DNA of 63,959 nucleotides, the filler included, from Craspedostauros australis (Eukaryota), in the NCBI GenBank assembly GCA_030167865.1. It is 6 parts of 6 records of this genome, joined end to end, with 100 filler letters (N's around TTAATTAATTAA, not from the genome) between each part and the next. Parts side by side here need not be neighbours in the genome. Positions count along the whole stretch, not along the records: positions 1 to 23,913 come from JALAGF010006303.1; positions 24,014 to 43,680 come from JALAGF010006304.1; 4 more parts are not named here. One strand, written 5' to 3'. Shown in pieces: positions 22,091 to 34,831 of this stretch. A model generated the notes under the pieces. The model was not told where the DNA came from, did not search any database, and saw nothing but the letters and a program-made list of their open reading frames with translations. Made by a program: the position numbers and the translations under genes. Within the stretch, counting starts at the first letter, position 1. Each line of letters starts with the position of its first letter.

Positions 22091-23913
22091 CGTGTAGAAT
22101 AGTTACGAAGTATACGTCTCCCTTTGTAGTCGTACGTGTTCTCGCCATGCGTTGCAACATGATGTGTGTTGTTCGATGACGCTGGAGGATCGTAGATGAC
22201 GTGCCACGATGACCATTCTCTCAGACACTTCGAATGTTCTGCGCTCCTTCCACCAAAAGCACAAAGGTTTCCCAGGCATGGAGAACATCTGATCCGTAGT
22301 GTCACTTGGGAGCCGCATTGTCGTTCGTGATGTTCTTTGCGTTGTTTGGCCCGTCTCTCTGCGAAACATCATCCCATCTTCGTCTTTCTCATGCCGTCTC
22401 CAAGACTCAGGGAAGAACAAGGGAAATGCGATCGAGACTCCAAAACGAGGTTGCATTGAAATGAGCCAAACAAAACGATTCCATCGTCTTGTGAAAACGT
22501 GGTGATGATTTCGGTTGGAATGGTCAACAGCTGTTGTCACCAAAAGGGCGTTGCCCTCGGCGCTGTCCATGACCAAAAACGGCGGCTGTCTTTTTGAAAA
22601 AGTCGTTGGCATCGAAAGCGCTGCGTTATGAGCCCGATCAGTGAGTCGACCAATCGTTTGAAATGAAGAGTGGAGTCGAATTTCTGGGATTTTCAAACTA
22701 AGCACATATTCGCAATCTTCATAGATCTAAAACATATACCAATCCATTCCAGTTCCGAGGTTGGCCGAATTTTAAGTTTTATGGACCGATGGATTTGCAC
22801 ATTCGTCCATCTCCTTCGGGTTTCAGCCTTTCGCCTACGACTACATCGATCCAATTTAACCCTTTGCTGTTCTTCGTTTCAGCGACGTTGTTCCCATTTT
22901 GAATTGTTTAGTCTCTTTTTGAGGTGTTCCGATGAGACCATCCCACACCTCCTCCACGATAGCGCTAGTTGTAGAGTTTGGGGAGAAGCGGTGAGTGCGC
23001 GTTTNNNNNNNNTCTATCCAGTGTTTGCATGATCCGTGATCTACGTCACCAAACTGGCTGCTGCGTCATGAACCACCAATCACAGCACGATGTGAATCAT
23101 CATCAACTGCGTTTCGTCGTGACGGAATGGTCAAGTTGCGTTGGTACTCCCGAAGTGTTTTGTGTCATGCTGCCTTCGTTCATTTTGGTACAATAGTTGA
23201 TAATTGCCTCAGACCCCAAGATGNNNNNNNNNNNNNNNNNNNNNNNNNNNNNNNNNNNNNNNNNNNNNNNNNNTCCAATTTAACCCTTTGCTGTTCTTCG
23301 TTTCAGCGACGTTGTTCCCATTTTGAATTGTTTAGTCTCTTTTTGAGGTGTTCCGATGAGACCATCCCACACCTCCTCCACGATAGCGCTAGTTGTAGAG
23401 TTTGGGGAGAAGCGGTGAGTGCGCGTTTACATCCATTCTATCCAGTGTTTGCATGATCCGTGATCTACGTCACCAAACTGGCTGCTGCGTCATGAACCAC
23501 CAATCACAGCACGATGTGAATCATCATCAACTGCGTTTCGTCGTGACGGAATGGTCAAGTTGCGTTGGTACTCCCGAAGTGTTTTGTGTCATGCTGCCTT
23601 CGTTCATTTTGGTACAATAGTTGATAATTGCCTCAGACCCCAAGATGTGCGACTGGTTGAGAGCGCCAAACTCGAAACAACAACATGACAATGGCGGATC
23701 ACAAACAAAAATTCTACAATGGCCACCCAACGGCATCGTCAGCGCCGCACCAACCAGCGGCCCAATGAAAAATCCGAGCACATCGCCGTCACCGCAATAC
23801 AACGTTTGGTGTGTGGGCGAGAGGGGGCTGCGATAGCGGTTCATTTGGGGCCGCGGCAGGCCCCCGCGCAAACGTCGCAAATTTGCGGCAGATTGGCTCG
23901 TTGGATGTGGCCT

Positions 23914-24013
23914 NNNNNNNNNNNNNNNNNNNNNNNNNNNNNNNNNNNNNNNNNNNNTTAATTAATTAANNNNNNNNNNNNNNNNNNNNNNNNNNNNNNN
24001 NNNNNNNNNNNNN
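23914..24013. other. Artificial 100-bp sequence linker (N44-TTAATTAATTAA-N44)
   Basis: Six-frame stop cassette centred in exactly 44+44 Ns; identical structure occurs five times. Confidence 0.95.
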
Positions 24014-24749
24014 GTTCACCCGTTATTCTCTCATACGCACTTGGACGGTATAACTACATTCGTGTCGGTAGTATGCTGTGATTCGTCAGAATTACAGTGG
24101 AAATGGAACACACGAAAAGGGGCAAGATTTCTGGAGGAAATTTGCAATCGACGATTTCTGAGAGAATTAGAACATCGTCCGTCCATCCATCAATGGTACC
24201 AAGGGAATCTCAAGGTACTTCCCAACTAAACCTCAGATGACGATATCATCTGACAGACCACTGCATCACCAATGGAACGTGACATCTGGAGAGCAGAAGG
24301 ACGCCTACTGATGTCGACAGGATGTCATGGTGTCACCACGTCGACATCTGTCTCCAAGTCAGAGCAGGAGGCGAAGATCCTATGACCCATGGATACTGAA
24401 GGTGAACTTCAAATGGTAAGTACTCATGGAGTAGGAACCAGTACTGAATGAACGGAGTGTCGAATGCGGAGTACGCATCGAACACGGAGTATCATGTAGC
24501 GCAAGTACATGATGTTGAGAGAGAGAGAGTAAAGAGAGAGAGAGAGAAGAGCGAGAGAGCATCGCGCGTACCGACTCATAGTCGGAGACCGAATCTATGA
24601 AACAGATTGAAGCACCGAGAGCATCAGGCAAGAGAACGGGCGTACACCGAGAGGATCGGAGTAGCCAACTAATGAAATAGCAAACGAACGACTATCAACC
24701 AACACCACCTTCCACAATCGTAGGTTACCGTGAGCGGAACTTGCCAACA
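24014..24749 (+). mobile_element. LTR of the copia family at 50251-52223; 5' end cut by linker
   Basis: Near-identical to 50303-51048 and ends in gtgagcggaacttgccaaCA. Confidence 0.85.
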
Positions 24750-25110
24750 TCCTGTCAACATCAGTAGGCGTCCTTCTGCTCTCCAGATGTCACGTTCCAT
24801 TGGTGATGCATGAGTCTGTCAGATGATATCGTCATCTGAGGTTTAGTTGGGAAGTACCTCGAGATTCTCTTGGTACCATTGATGGATGGACGGACGATGT
24901 TCTAATTCTCTCAGAAATCGTCATTTGCAAATTTCCTCCAGAAATCTTGCTCATTTTCGTGTGTTCCATTTCCACTGTAATTCTGACGAATCACAGCATA
25001 CTATCGAAACGAATGTAGTTATACCGTCCAAGTGCGTATGAGAGAATAACAGTTGAACGATGCACATATACTTGTACACCTCGACATATACTCACATGTA
25101 CATCTCGACA
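24748..25110 (-). mobile_element. Inverted 5' half of the same LTR
   Basis: Reverse complement begins TGTCGAGATGTACA at 25110, matching 50251, and aligns with 50251-50613. Confidence 0.85.
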
Positions 25111-27112
25111 TGCACTGTTGTTGCCACATGGGATGTCTCTTTTTGTGATCCTTGCTCCGTTCACAATTTGTTTGCTTGTTGGTGCTTCTGCCTTTTCTGG
25201 TTCTGCCACAAATAGTACAGTAGCTGTCACTCTGCATGTAGCTGCCCTTGTGGCAGTCAAACCGTTCCAGCGTTCCAAGGCTGGGTAGCATTCACAAGTG
25301 TGCCTCAGTCCCGATGGCCAATGGCAGCTCCTGTCGTGACTGTTGCATTGTCGCCATGTCTGATTCCTGTGTGTGTCGTTCCTAGGTTGATGAGTACAAC
25401 ACGGGATCCACGTCTGGGTTTTAGGGAAACGAGCTACATTACGTCGCAGTTGTCCACTCGGTCGGACAAGTCAAAAGACAAGATACGACATGACGTACAG
25501 ACAAACAGACGGATAGACAGGATACGACACAACCACGCAAAAATTGATGGCGAAAGATACTTGTTGTTTCTGTTTTGTTTGTGCGTGTGTGGATGGTTGC
25601 GCCCCATCAACAACAACGAAGAGAGCAGCGCAGGCAACCACAACGACATCAACAACCATACCCACACCCACAACACAAAGACGTGCCCAACCCACACAAA
25701 TCCAACAAACGGAGCGACACACGACAATGACTTGAACATGGCGCCACCGCAACGCACCAACGAGATCCACCCACCATGACTGAGTAACAATGGACCATTC
25801 AAGTACGTCCAGCTTCTGTGCAATAGCTCCGACAAGCTTGAGCAGATATTTGTGGCTGCATACCATGCGAGTGCACCACTGCTTGCTCTCACCGTCGTCA
25901 GTATCACACAGTGCTGCCTCCGCCACCTGTCGCCATCGCCATCATTGCACAGCGAAATGATTACCCATCTTGGATGGATGCCGCCCCAGGCTGATTTTAA
26001 AGTGAAAGAGAAACATTCAAGTAAATTATTCAACCTGATCGCTTTAATTTGCAATGATGGACAGCGCGGCAAGGGAATGGGAAAGCCAACAAGAGAAAAA
26101 GATGAAAATCAACCAGGCCTGTTCGATCTCCAGCTCACCCAACAGCATCGCCCTTTGCTATGATTGATTGTCTGTTGTTTGTTCACCTCCGCTACTCCAC
26201 GCTCCGCCATTCCCACATGCAGTTGTCAGAATGGTGGCGTTGTGAAACACCAACGCCTAAACTTGTGCCAAGAGAGGATTGCCACCACATCCCAAAGGTA
26301 AGCAGACGATGGCGACGCCACATGGAAGCCGCGAGCAGTCCAGACAGCGGCCTTCCTGCTGACTCCGTCTTCAATGCCATCCCCAAAAATGATGATAAAC
26401 TACCCAGCTCACTACGAGCGGCAAAAGGCCCCGATGTAGACAACATACTGTTTCCCATATACACACTATCTGATTTGAGACACCAGCGGCGACGGCTTTG
26501 GTCAGGAAGCGAATCCAACCTCCACAAACTGACAACTCATCCTCTCTTGTTTCGGTCCCTTCTCTGCCAGACACTTGCATCCCCAGCGTCATGCCACCAT
26601 GGCGACGGCAAGGCCTTGTCGATGTTCTCACGCACCATCTCCACATCCCCAAAAAATTCAAGCACAAACATACCAGATGTGGCTCGTTGGAATCAAATCG
26701 CCTGGCAACGTTCCCTGAGTAGTTCATGGATAGAGCTCATCTGTGGCGTGGACCTCGATGCCCCATCCTGGCGAACAACAACACGACTTCGAATATCACG
26801 TTGGACAATGACAAGGGTGTGAGCGAGCATCTTGGACTTTACTGCTATATATCATGTAATAATGTGCACTCCACATACTCGTAGAACATTGCAGCATGGG
26901 AACTGTGACAATGATCAGATGCGAGGACAGCAACACACTACCATGTGTATGAAAAAGTCAACTAGAATGAAGCCCTCTAAATCTCTTAATCTCAGTAGCC
27001 ATTGCCGACGGTGAAGAATGCTCGAATCGCCAACAGCACTCGCGGTCCTTCCCGCAAGTCGATTGCAAGTTGCATTGCGATTGGCATAACTGCAGAGATC
27101 TCTGTTTGTATT

Positions 27113-30100
27113 TTAGTATGAGCTATCCCGAGTTTGGCGAACCTCGGTGTAGATCCTGGTGGTGATGGACATGGACATCATCTCCTGCAGCAGCAGTTTG
27201 CACGCGTACGGAATCTCAATTTGGCAGATCTTCGTGGGACGGCCGACGCACATCGGCGTGCGGCATTCGTACGTCATCTTCTTGAGGTTAGCCTGTGCCG
27301 TCAGACCACAACGTTCGCAGATGTGGATACGGTACTGATCGGAGTTGCAGAAGAAGCGATCGCGGATGAAGTTAGCGCAACCGTGAGTGATCAAGCAATC
27401 GCGTTCCATCTCTCCCATGCGCAATCCGCCATCTCGGGAACGACCCTCCAGCGGCTGTCTGGTGAGCATCGCGACTGGTCCACGGGCACGAGAGTGAACC
27501 TTGTCGTCGACAAGATGCTTCAAGCGCTGGTAGAAGGTCGGGCCGATGAAGACGCGAGCGCACATGGGACGGCCGGTGTGTCCTTGGAACAGATGCTCGT
27601 TGCCGTGCTTCTGGTACCCCATGGCATGGAGTCGCGTGCTGATGTCCTCGACAGTCACGTCGGTGAACGGCGTGGCATCACCCTCGCATCCCTGGAAGAC
27701 GACGACCTTCCCAAGAAGGCACTCGATGAGCTGGGCGATGGTCATACGCGATGGAATAGCGTGCGGATTCACGATAATATCAGGCACAAGCCCCTCGATG
27801 GTGAATGGCATGTCTTCCTGACGGTAAGTCATACCGATCGTTCCCTTCTGCCCGTGGCGCGAGGCGAACTTGTCTCCGACCTGCGGGATGCGGACGTTGC
27901 GGATGCGGACCTTTGTGAACCGGTATCCCTCCTTTGTGGTACTGATGAGCACGTTGTCGACGATGCCGTTCTCGTTTGCCTTCATGGATGTGCTGCAATC
28001 GCGCTTGGTGTACCGAGAGGGCATGTTGGCGGTGGAGTCGATCGGGGCGGTCTTTCCAATCAGCACATCGTCACCAGACACTCGTGTTCCTGGCGCCACG
28101 AGGCCGTCTTCGTCCATCTTGCTGTAATCTCCGTGCTTCATTCCACGCGTGCTATCCTGAGACGGTTTCTCAAACAGTTCCGAGGTCATGGAATTTATCG
28201 TGCCGATGGTGCTGGACTTCTCCTGGTCGATGTAACAACGGTAGTAAGAGCTGCGGAAGAGACCACGGTCGATGGCGGACTGATTCATGATCAGGGAATC
28301 TTCTTGGTTGTATCCGGTGTAGACCATGATGCCTACGACGACGTTCACACCGCTTGGAAGCTCGCGGAAATGCAGGAACTCCATGGCACGGGTTGTGCAC
28401 AGGGGCTTTTGTGGGTAATGAAGCACGTGTGCCATCGTGTCCATGCGGACCTGGTAATTCGATGCGTAGATTCCCATCGCTTGCTTGCCCATGGCACTGC
28501 GCAATTGTGTGAAGGCATGTTGTTGGTGTTTGGCGAGAATCGAAACACGGACATGTTGTCATGCAAAGTGATATCGGGTGCGTCGACAGAATGAATGAGC
28601 ACGTGATTGAGGAAGTGATGAGTGAGTCAATGCAATGATCAGTTAATCAATCGATCAATGGATCAGTCAGCCAGTCAATCGGTCAGTCAAAGAGGCCACC
28701 CATCACCGGATGGTGTGCAGAGAGCAAACGGAAGCCCGAGCGTATGCAAATTGATTCGCACACTCGCACACTTGCACACCGACCCAAAGCCCAGCGGCAG
28801 ATACCACTTCCTGAACGCGACTCACCTTTGGTATGTGTTACGTGGGGACTGGTTGTGATCGGGGAATGGGATGATGGAGGCGCAGACTCCCAAGATCATG
28901 GAAGGGTGAATCTCGCAGTGCGTGTAAGTGGAGGAATATGAATCCTCAGAGTCAAGATCTTTCGGTTCCATGGCTACCATGGTCGTTTCCTCTTCCTCCG
29001 TGTCGATGTATTCCACGATACCTTCCATCAACAGATCGGTCCACGACAGACGCTTTTGGTCCGGGTTGATGCCCTGCAACTGCATGATGTGCTCCTTCTT
29101 GATCACCAGCTGCTGATCTTGGACGACGAACAGCGGTCGGCAGATACGCCCAGCATCCGTGTAGATGCGAACCTCCTTCTCCGCGATGTCTCGGACGATG
29201 GACACTTCCGCATCGATGTCCACCATTCTTCGCAGAGATCGGAATGTGTCGACGAGTGCCTTGGGATCACGATGGATTCCCACCCAGTTTCCGTTCACGA
29301 AGATCTTGCACGTGTTGGGCTCGGCGATGACGGATGGCAAGATGTCGGTGAGGTTTTCCGTGCTGAATTCCTCCAAAAACTCCATCACTGGCACCTGCGC
29401 GGTTCCCGTTGTGATGTACGCCATGAGGGCAAGGTTCTTCACGAGACCGACGGCCTGTCCTTCTGGCGTTTCGGCAGGGCAGTTGTGGGTGACGAATCCA
29501 TTGGAGACGAACGTGTGAATGTCGCTGACGGTGGTCAGGTCCATCACGATGGGGCACTCATCGTGCCGCACCTCCTCGATGGATTCGATGGTGGCGTACA
29601 TCGTGCCTGTTGCCAGGTCTGCCTTCGACGCCTCGAGGAATGCTCCCCACGTCATATCTTCGTGATCTACAGCATCTTCACAAGCAGCAGCAGCAGCATG
29701 CAAGCAGGAGCGGCTGTATTCTCCGCAGATTCGTGCCTGGTTGGTCTTGCTTTTGTTGAACGCAAAGCCGACATGGTTCAAAAACCTGATCATGTTCTCG
29801 TGGGTGCTGTCGAGACTAACGGGAGCATTTGCCGTCTGTCTTTCGATTGTCGCGATACCCAAGGATCCAAGCATCTGTTCAAGGTCGCGACCAAAGTGCA
29901 GCGCACGATGTGTGGTCAGTGACAGAGTAGGTGGATCGAGACGACTTTGGACGGACCCTTCGATTGCTGTGAAAGTTGGTGCGGAAGCAACAGCGCCAAA
30001 GACGCCCGACAGGTACGCGGCCTGAACGTTCGATGATCCTTGAAGGATAAACGAAGGCACCTGCGGGGTTTGATCAGCACTGTCGCCCGAGAGGGACTGA

Positions 30101-32758
30101 AGTGCCAGCAAGAGACGAGCGACAGGACCGTCCATATTGAGTTTCCAACAAGACGACGCGCCTGCTGGAGCGTTGAAGCGTTCGCGAGAGATGGACTGTT
30201 CCAACAGCGACGAATCACCGTCGTATCCGATCGTTTGCAATGCAGCCTCGATCTCATCGCAATCGGCTTGAGATGCAACGTGCATTGCGACGGATGCCGA
30301 GCCTCTGTCCATGATATTGCCCATGGTAAAGTACCCAATCATCTTTGCAAACATGCCGAGGTGCTTGCTATTGGAAGTGAGCGGAAGCAGTCCCGATCTC
30401 TCCAGGCGTTGCAGATCGGAGATAGCGGTTTTATCATCCTGGCCGATGTCACGAAGGAAGTGCACGAATGCTGTGCCATCCAAGATGGTCGTCGCAGATA
30501 TATCCGAATGGACGTTGCTGTTGTAGCTGCTATCGTCCCCAGTGGCACATGCACCGGCGATGATCGGTGTCGGATGCAGAAGCACCGATCTGCCGACCGA
30601 CAAATCGCCAGCAAGGTCGAACTTGCCCCCAAATGCATTGCCGGACTCGACGGCGAAGGCGTGATCCTCCGTCGCCACGATGGCACGTCCTGTGGTCGTT
30701 TTGATTTTCAGAATTCGTTTGCCGAAGTTCTTCGCCTCGAACTGCTGATACGCCACGACGCCGGACAGCACCTTGGATCGATTCTGCGGATTGACGACGG
30801 CGACATGGGCTGATGATGGCGCATTCGCCTTGACGAGGTCGCCGATCTGCGCGAGGGTGTTGTCAGCGAGAAGGACCGTGGTGTCCGGCGCCACACAAAC
30901 CATCCCCCAATGAGTGTTGTGCAACTGACGCGGCTTTGCCTGCTTTCCGGTTCTGGCCAGCGGAGTGTTGCACCGACGTAAATGTGACAGCGACGATGCG
31001 TACGTCAATCGATTCAGCACCTGCGACACACCTGCCTTTCCTGCATTTCCCTTATCTCCCCCTATCATTTGCAATGGCATGCGCGGAAGCATGGTGCGGA
31101 TTGTATTGGAGCGGACCAGAGAAGCAGCCTGTGTGAGAAATTACGTGACAATTTTTTTCGACACTTCGGCACGACAAGGCGATTTCGCGTGCAACAATCC
31201 CGACACGAGCAACCTCCAGCAATGGAAAGCAAGGCAGCGGACACAGAATCAACTTACAATTTCCTGTCGCCAGACTGTACTTGAGACCATCCGTGATGTG
31301 GTTGCTCTTGATGGCCGCGCCGATATTGAAGACCTTGCCTTCGTCAAGGCATCGCTGCAAGTGCTTGCGCACATCCAGCGTGAGCTTGCGGAAGAGGAGA
31401 CGGAAAAGACCACCGAGAAGGGGACCCGCGAGATCGAGTCGCTTCTTGCCGAAATGATCACGATCATCCTCGTTGGCGCGTCCCAGTTTGCACATGAGGA
31501 GCTTGTGCACGGCGTATCCAAAGAAGAATCCCTTCTTCGTCTCGCAGTGCTCTTCGATGCCGACGTGCGGCAGCACCTCCTTCTGCAGGATGGCGGATGC
31601 GTAGCGGATACGATCGTCCTTGGTGACATCGCGGGCGCTGCCACGACGTCCGATGAAATCGAGCGCCACATCCTGCCGCTGGATGACGAAGGCCTCCTCG
31701 AGGGATGGACGGAACAGATCCATCATCTCGCCGTCCGTGAGGTCGTACACGACGTGCTCGATGATGTCGCGATCGGCGACGTAGCCAAGGGCGCGGAAGA
31801 TGACGACGACGGGCACGTCGGTGCGGATGTACGGCAGCGTGGAGCGAATCTGATTGCCCTCGATCGCGCCGCGACCCCCCTTTTGGTACATCTGCAGGTA
31901 GAGCGTGGAGACGGGGCGCGTGGAGTTCTCCACCTGCGAGCGGGTCTCGATGACCCAGGAGAACTTGGACGGCTGCTTCTTGCGGAAGGCGTAGACGTGG
32001 TTGTTGCTGAGGCGCTCCTGCGCGATGATGACCTTCTCGGAGCCGTTGATGACGAAGTAGCCGCCCTGGTCGTAGATGCACTCGCCCAAGTCGCTGAGGT
32101 CTCTGTCGTCCTTGTCGCTGAGCACGCAGAACAAGCTCCGGAGCATGATCGGCACGTACCCCAGGAACTCCTTCTTGGCGTGCTCCGTGGAGGTGGCCTC
32201 GCCCATGTCCTCGTTGGGGTCCGTGATGTTGACGTCCTTGAGCACGTGGTACATGTTCATGGATATGTCGACGTAGAGCGGCGCGCTGTAGGTGAGGTTT
32301 CGCAGGCGCGCCTCGTGGGGGAACATGTTGGTGACCGTTCCGTCCTTCTCCACCGTCGTCGGCTTGCTGAGGTAGACCTGGCCGAAGTGGATCTCGAACA
32401 CGGGCTTGGTCTCCGACGCCTGCTGGTTGTCGAAGGCCTCCTCGTCGAAGCCCACGGTGTGCTGCAGCTCCGGCGAGACGCGGATGTCGCCGCTGTCGTC
32501 GATGAGCTCCTGCATGGTGTTCTGGATGAACTCGTCGAAGCTGTCCAGCTGCTGCCGCACGAGACCCTTCTCCTCGAAGTAGGCGGAGATCACCGCCCAC
32601 GAGTCCTCCTGCGTCACCGGCATGTCCTCCTCGTCGATCTCCATCATGCCTTCCTCGCCCTCTCCTCCTCCTTGGCCCTCCGCCATCATCATGCCCTCGC
32701 CGTTGCCCTCCATCTCACCACCGGCCGCCGGGTCCTCCTCTGTGTAGTAATCCGCCAT
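27113..32758 (-). CDS. RPB2: DNA-directed RNA polymerase II second-largest subunit, 3 exons (32758-31258, 31061-28826, 28496-27113), containing an intein
   Basis: [72 protein letters not shown] and a C-terminal Zn site. GT-AG introns 31257-31062 and 28825-28497 restore LATGN-W-GDK and NTYQ-S-AMGKQ. Confidence 0.98.
29482..30897 (-). mobile_element. Intein (472 aa) with degenerate LAGLIDADG homing endonuclease domain
   Basis: 1416-nt in-frame insert in [16 protein letters not shown]. Block [13 protein letters not shown], block [13 protein letters not shown] (TxxH), blocks [24 protein letters not shown], +1 Cys. Central [18 protein letters not shown] and [10 protein letters not shown] resemble endonuclease blocks C, E and H. 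Confidence 0.96.
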
Positions 32759-33457
32759 GGTCGAATGGTCGAATGCTCGAATGATCCAATGATTGTCTTG
32801 CGATCCTGGAGTGTGGCGATCTTTTGCTTCCTGCGATCTATGATATATTATATTATATTATATTATGTTGTGGAAGAGGGTAGTGCGCTGTGCTGTACTG
32901 TTGCTCCACTTGGTCTGGACTGCCAACGTCCTGGATGTAGTGACTTGCTTGTGGTGGAAGATGTGTAATACTATGCTGCATACACGTGATGAATCGTGCG
33001 GTGCCCCCTTGTGGCTCCGATCAACAATCTGGTCTGCCCAACCCCAATCCTCTTTTGGATGATGATCGTGCGTGTCGCTCTGGTTGCCACTGCGATCCGA
33101 ACGGCGCGCGAAGAATCAACACGACAATGAACGGAAACGGCAACAACACCACAAACCCAAACACCAACCACAACGATGATGGGCAGCGACATCGTGTTGG
33201 TGTTGGGATGTGTGCTCGGTCTGTCCGCCGCCAGTGTAGTAAATAGAAAGCGGACGATTTCGGTGGTGGTGCAACGGACACTCTTGACATTGTGACAGGC
33301 TGTCCGTCAGAGATGTCTAAACGGGTATTGTCCGACGTAGTTCATAGTCTAGCAACTCTTCACAAGCAGAGACAGAGATCCACACGCTTCTCTGACGCGA
33401 AATGGCGACAAGGAAGCAACATCTTCAACGTCTGCATCCCATTTGTATCTTCAGCTC

Positions 33458-34831
33458 TTAATCCTTCATCTCATCACCATCACCATCGCCAGCCTTTCTT
33501 TCTTCGCTCCCTTCCGCTGCCTTCTCCTCCTGCACTGAAGCCAAGACCGCCGCAAGGAACGCTTCGATGGGATTGTTGCTCTCCACAAGCACGCGCTGGC
33601 CAGCCGATGCGTCGAGTTGGAAGTTGGCGAGGACCGAATGGTATCCATCCAGACTGCCGTTGTCATCGGGCATGAGCGCCGCCGTCAATGAACGCAGAGT
33701 CGATTGCATTTGGGGACTTCGCAGGTTCTCCTCCAAATGTGTCGCCGAGCGTTGGCCTTCTGGAAGCTGTTCCATCAAGCGATTTCGCACACTGTCCTGC
33801 GCCAGCAGGTCAGTGATGGCCTGCGGTGTCACAACTTCCTGCAGCCCGACTGGTCTTCGTTGCTGCTGGTGCTGTGCGGCTTGTTGTTGCAGACCGGCCA
33901 TGGCTCCCTGGAGATCGGCGAGGGTCAGCACGCCAGCACCGCTTGGAGCTGATGCTGGCACAGCCACGGCTGTTGCGGTTGTTGTCGTCGTTGTTGTTGC
34001 TGCTGCTGTTGCAGTACCCGCTGCTGAACCCTCAGTCTCTCCTCCCTGAGGCATTCCCAGGTTCTCAAGGATGCTGGAAAGTGCATCCACCTGCTGCGTG
34101 GTCGCAGTTGCCGATGCCGACGCCGCTGATGGTGCTGGACTCGCACTGGTAGCGGAAGGATCATTGCCTGTTGTGGCGGTGTCTGCATCAGCACCTGCAC
34201 TTGTACTTGCATTCGCAGTGGCAGTCGCACCTGCGTTACTGCTACTGCTGCGAGTTGCAACTTCCTGCTCAGCCGATTCCGACTCGGCAGGCTTCGTTGG
34301 GTGCTTGAGGATGTCGTTGATCTTCCCCACAAGCCCCTCTTCGATCTCCTGGTCTTGCAGCCACAACATCTTCCATTCGTTGTCCAATTTCCAGTAGTAC
34401 ACCTCGCGGCATGGGTTGTCGTCATCTTCAATGGTGCGGGTGTTGGTCCTATCATTCGCCATTGGGACTGCATCTGTGTCTACATCTACGTCTGCAGCAT
34501 CCATCGGGTCCGCCTCTGGTTCCTGCAGCGATGCAACGTTGGTCACCTTCTTGAGGGCGACAGGCGACGTGATGCGGATGGTGTCGGACACAGCCTTCTC
34601 GCGTCGATCGTACCACTCCCACAGCAGCGCATCCTCGCTGTTGTACCGCAGCTGCACCTTGGCACGGCGCGTATCCGGAACGCACCAGTATTTTCCGTTC
34701 TCCTGCTGCGTCATCTCCATCTTGCCTGCCTTGAAAGAGATCAGAGGCTGGGGCTCCTGTCTGGCTCCTCTTGGGCCTCCCATGGCAGCGGCCCCTCCAC
34801 CGCCCAACGCGTCAAACAGTTCCGAGTACAT
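33458..34831 (-). CDS. RPN13: Proteasomal ubiquitin receptor Rpn13/ADRM1
   Basis: N-terminal Pru-like LISFKAGKM..CVPDTRRAKVQL..WEWYDRR..MLWLQD, Ala/Thr/Ser linker and C-terminal UCH37-binding-like LMEQLPEG..ENLRSPQMQSTLRSLTAAL. Confidence 0.88.
   Translation of the reverse strand: MYSELFDALGGGGAAAMGGPRGARQEPQPLISFKAGKMEMTQQENGKYWCVPDTRRAKVQLRYNSEDALLWEWYDRREKAVSDTIRITSPVALKKVTNVASLQEPEADPMDAADVDVDTDAVPMANDRTNTRTIEDDDNPCREVYYWKLDNEWKMLWLQDQEIEEGLVGKINDILKHPTKPAESESAEQEVATRSSSSNAGATATANASTSAGADADTATTGNDPSATSASPAPSAASASATATTQQVDALSSILENLGMPQGGETEGSAAGTATAAATTTTTTTATAVAVPASAPSGAGVLTLADLQGAMAGLQQQAAQHQQQRRPVGLQEVVTPQAITDLLAQDSVRNRLMEQLPEGQRSATHLEENLRSPQMQSTLRSLTAALMPDDNGSLDGYHSVLANFQLDASAGQRVLVESNNPIEAFLAAVLASVQEEKAAEGSEERKAGDGDGDEMKD

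Noticed and set aside
22854..23645. Apparent ~370-bp tandem duplication
   Set aside because: Near-identical copies flank a 50-N gap, typical of overlapping contig ends. The same pattern occurs at 48451-48645, 52268-52345, 54868-54957 and 63352-63483.
23958..23969. TTAATTAATTAA palindrome recurring five times
   Set aside because: Always centred in exactly 44+44 Ns: an artificial six-frame stop linker, not biology.
25290..26830. Possible gene or pseudogene between the LTRs and RPB2
   Set aside because: Only short ORFs in several frames with no recognisable motif or consistent exon structure.
29482..30897. RPB2 insert as a spliceosomal or self-splicing intron, or a misassembly
   Set aside because: No GT..AG at the boundaries, fully open in-frame ORF and complete intein terminal residues.
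30965..32968. Long antisense ORFs (667 aa here; also 15566-17206, 27134-28594, 9686-10798, 18398-19420)
   Set aside because: Shadow ORFs opposite GC-rich real genes, with no independent motifs.
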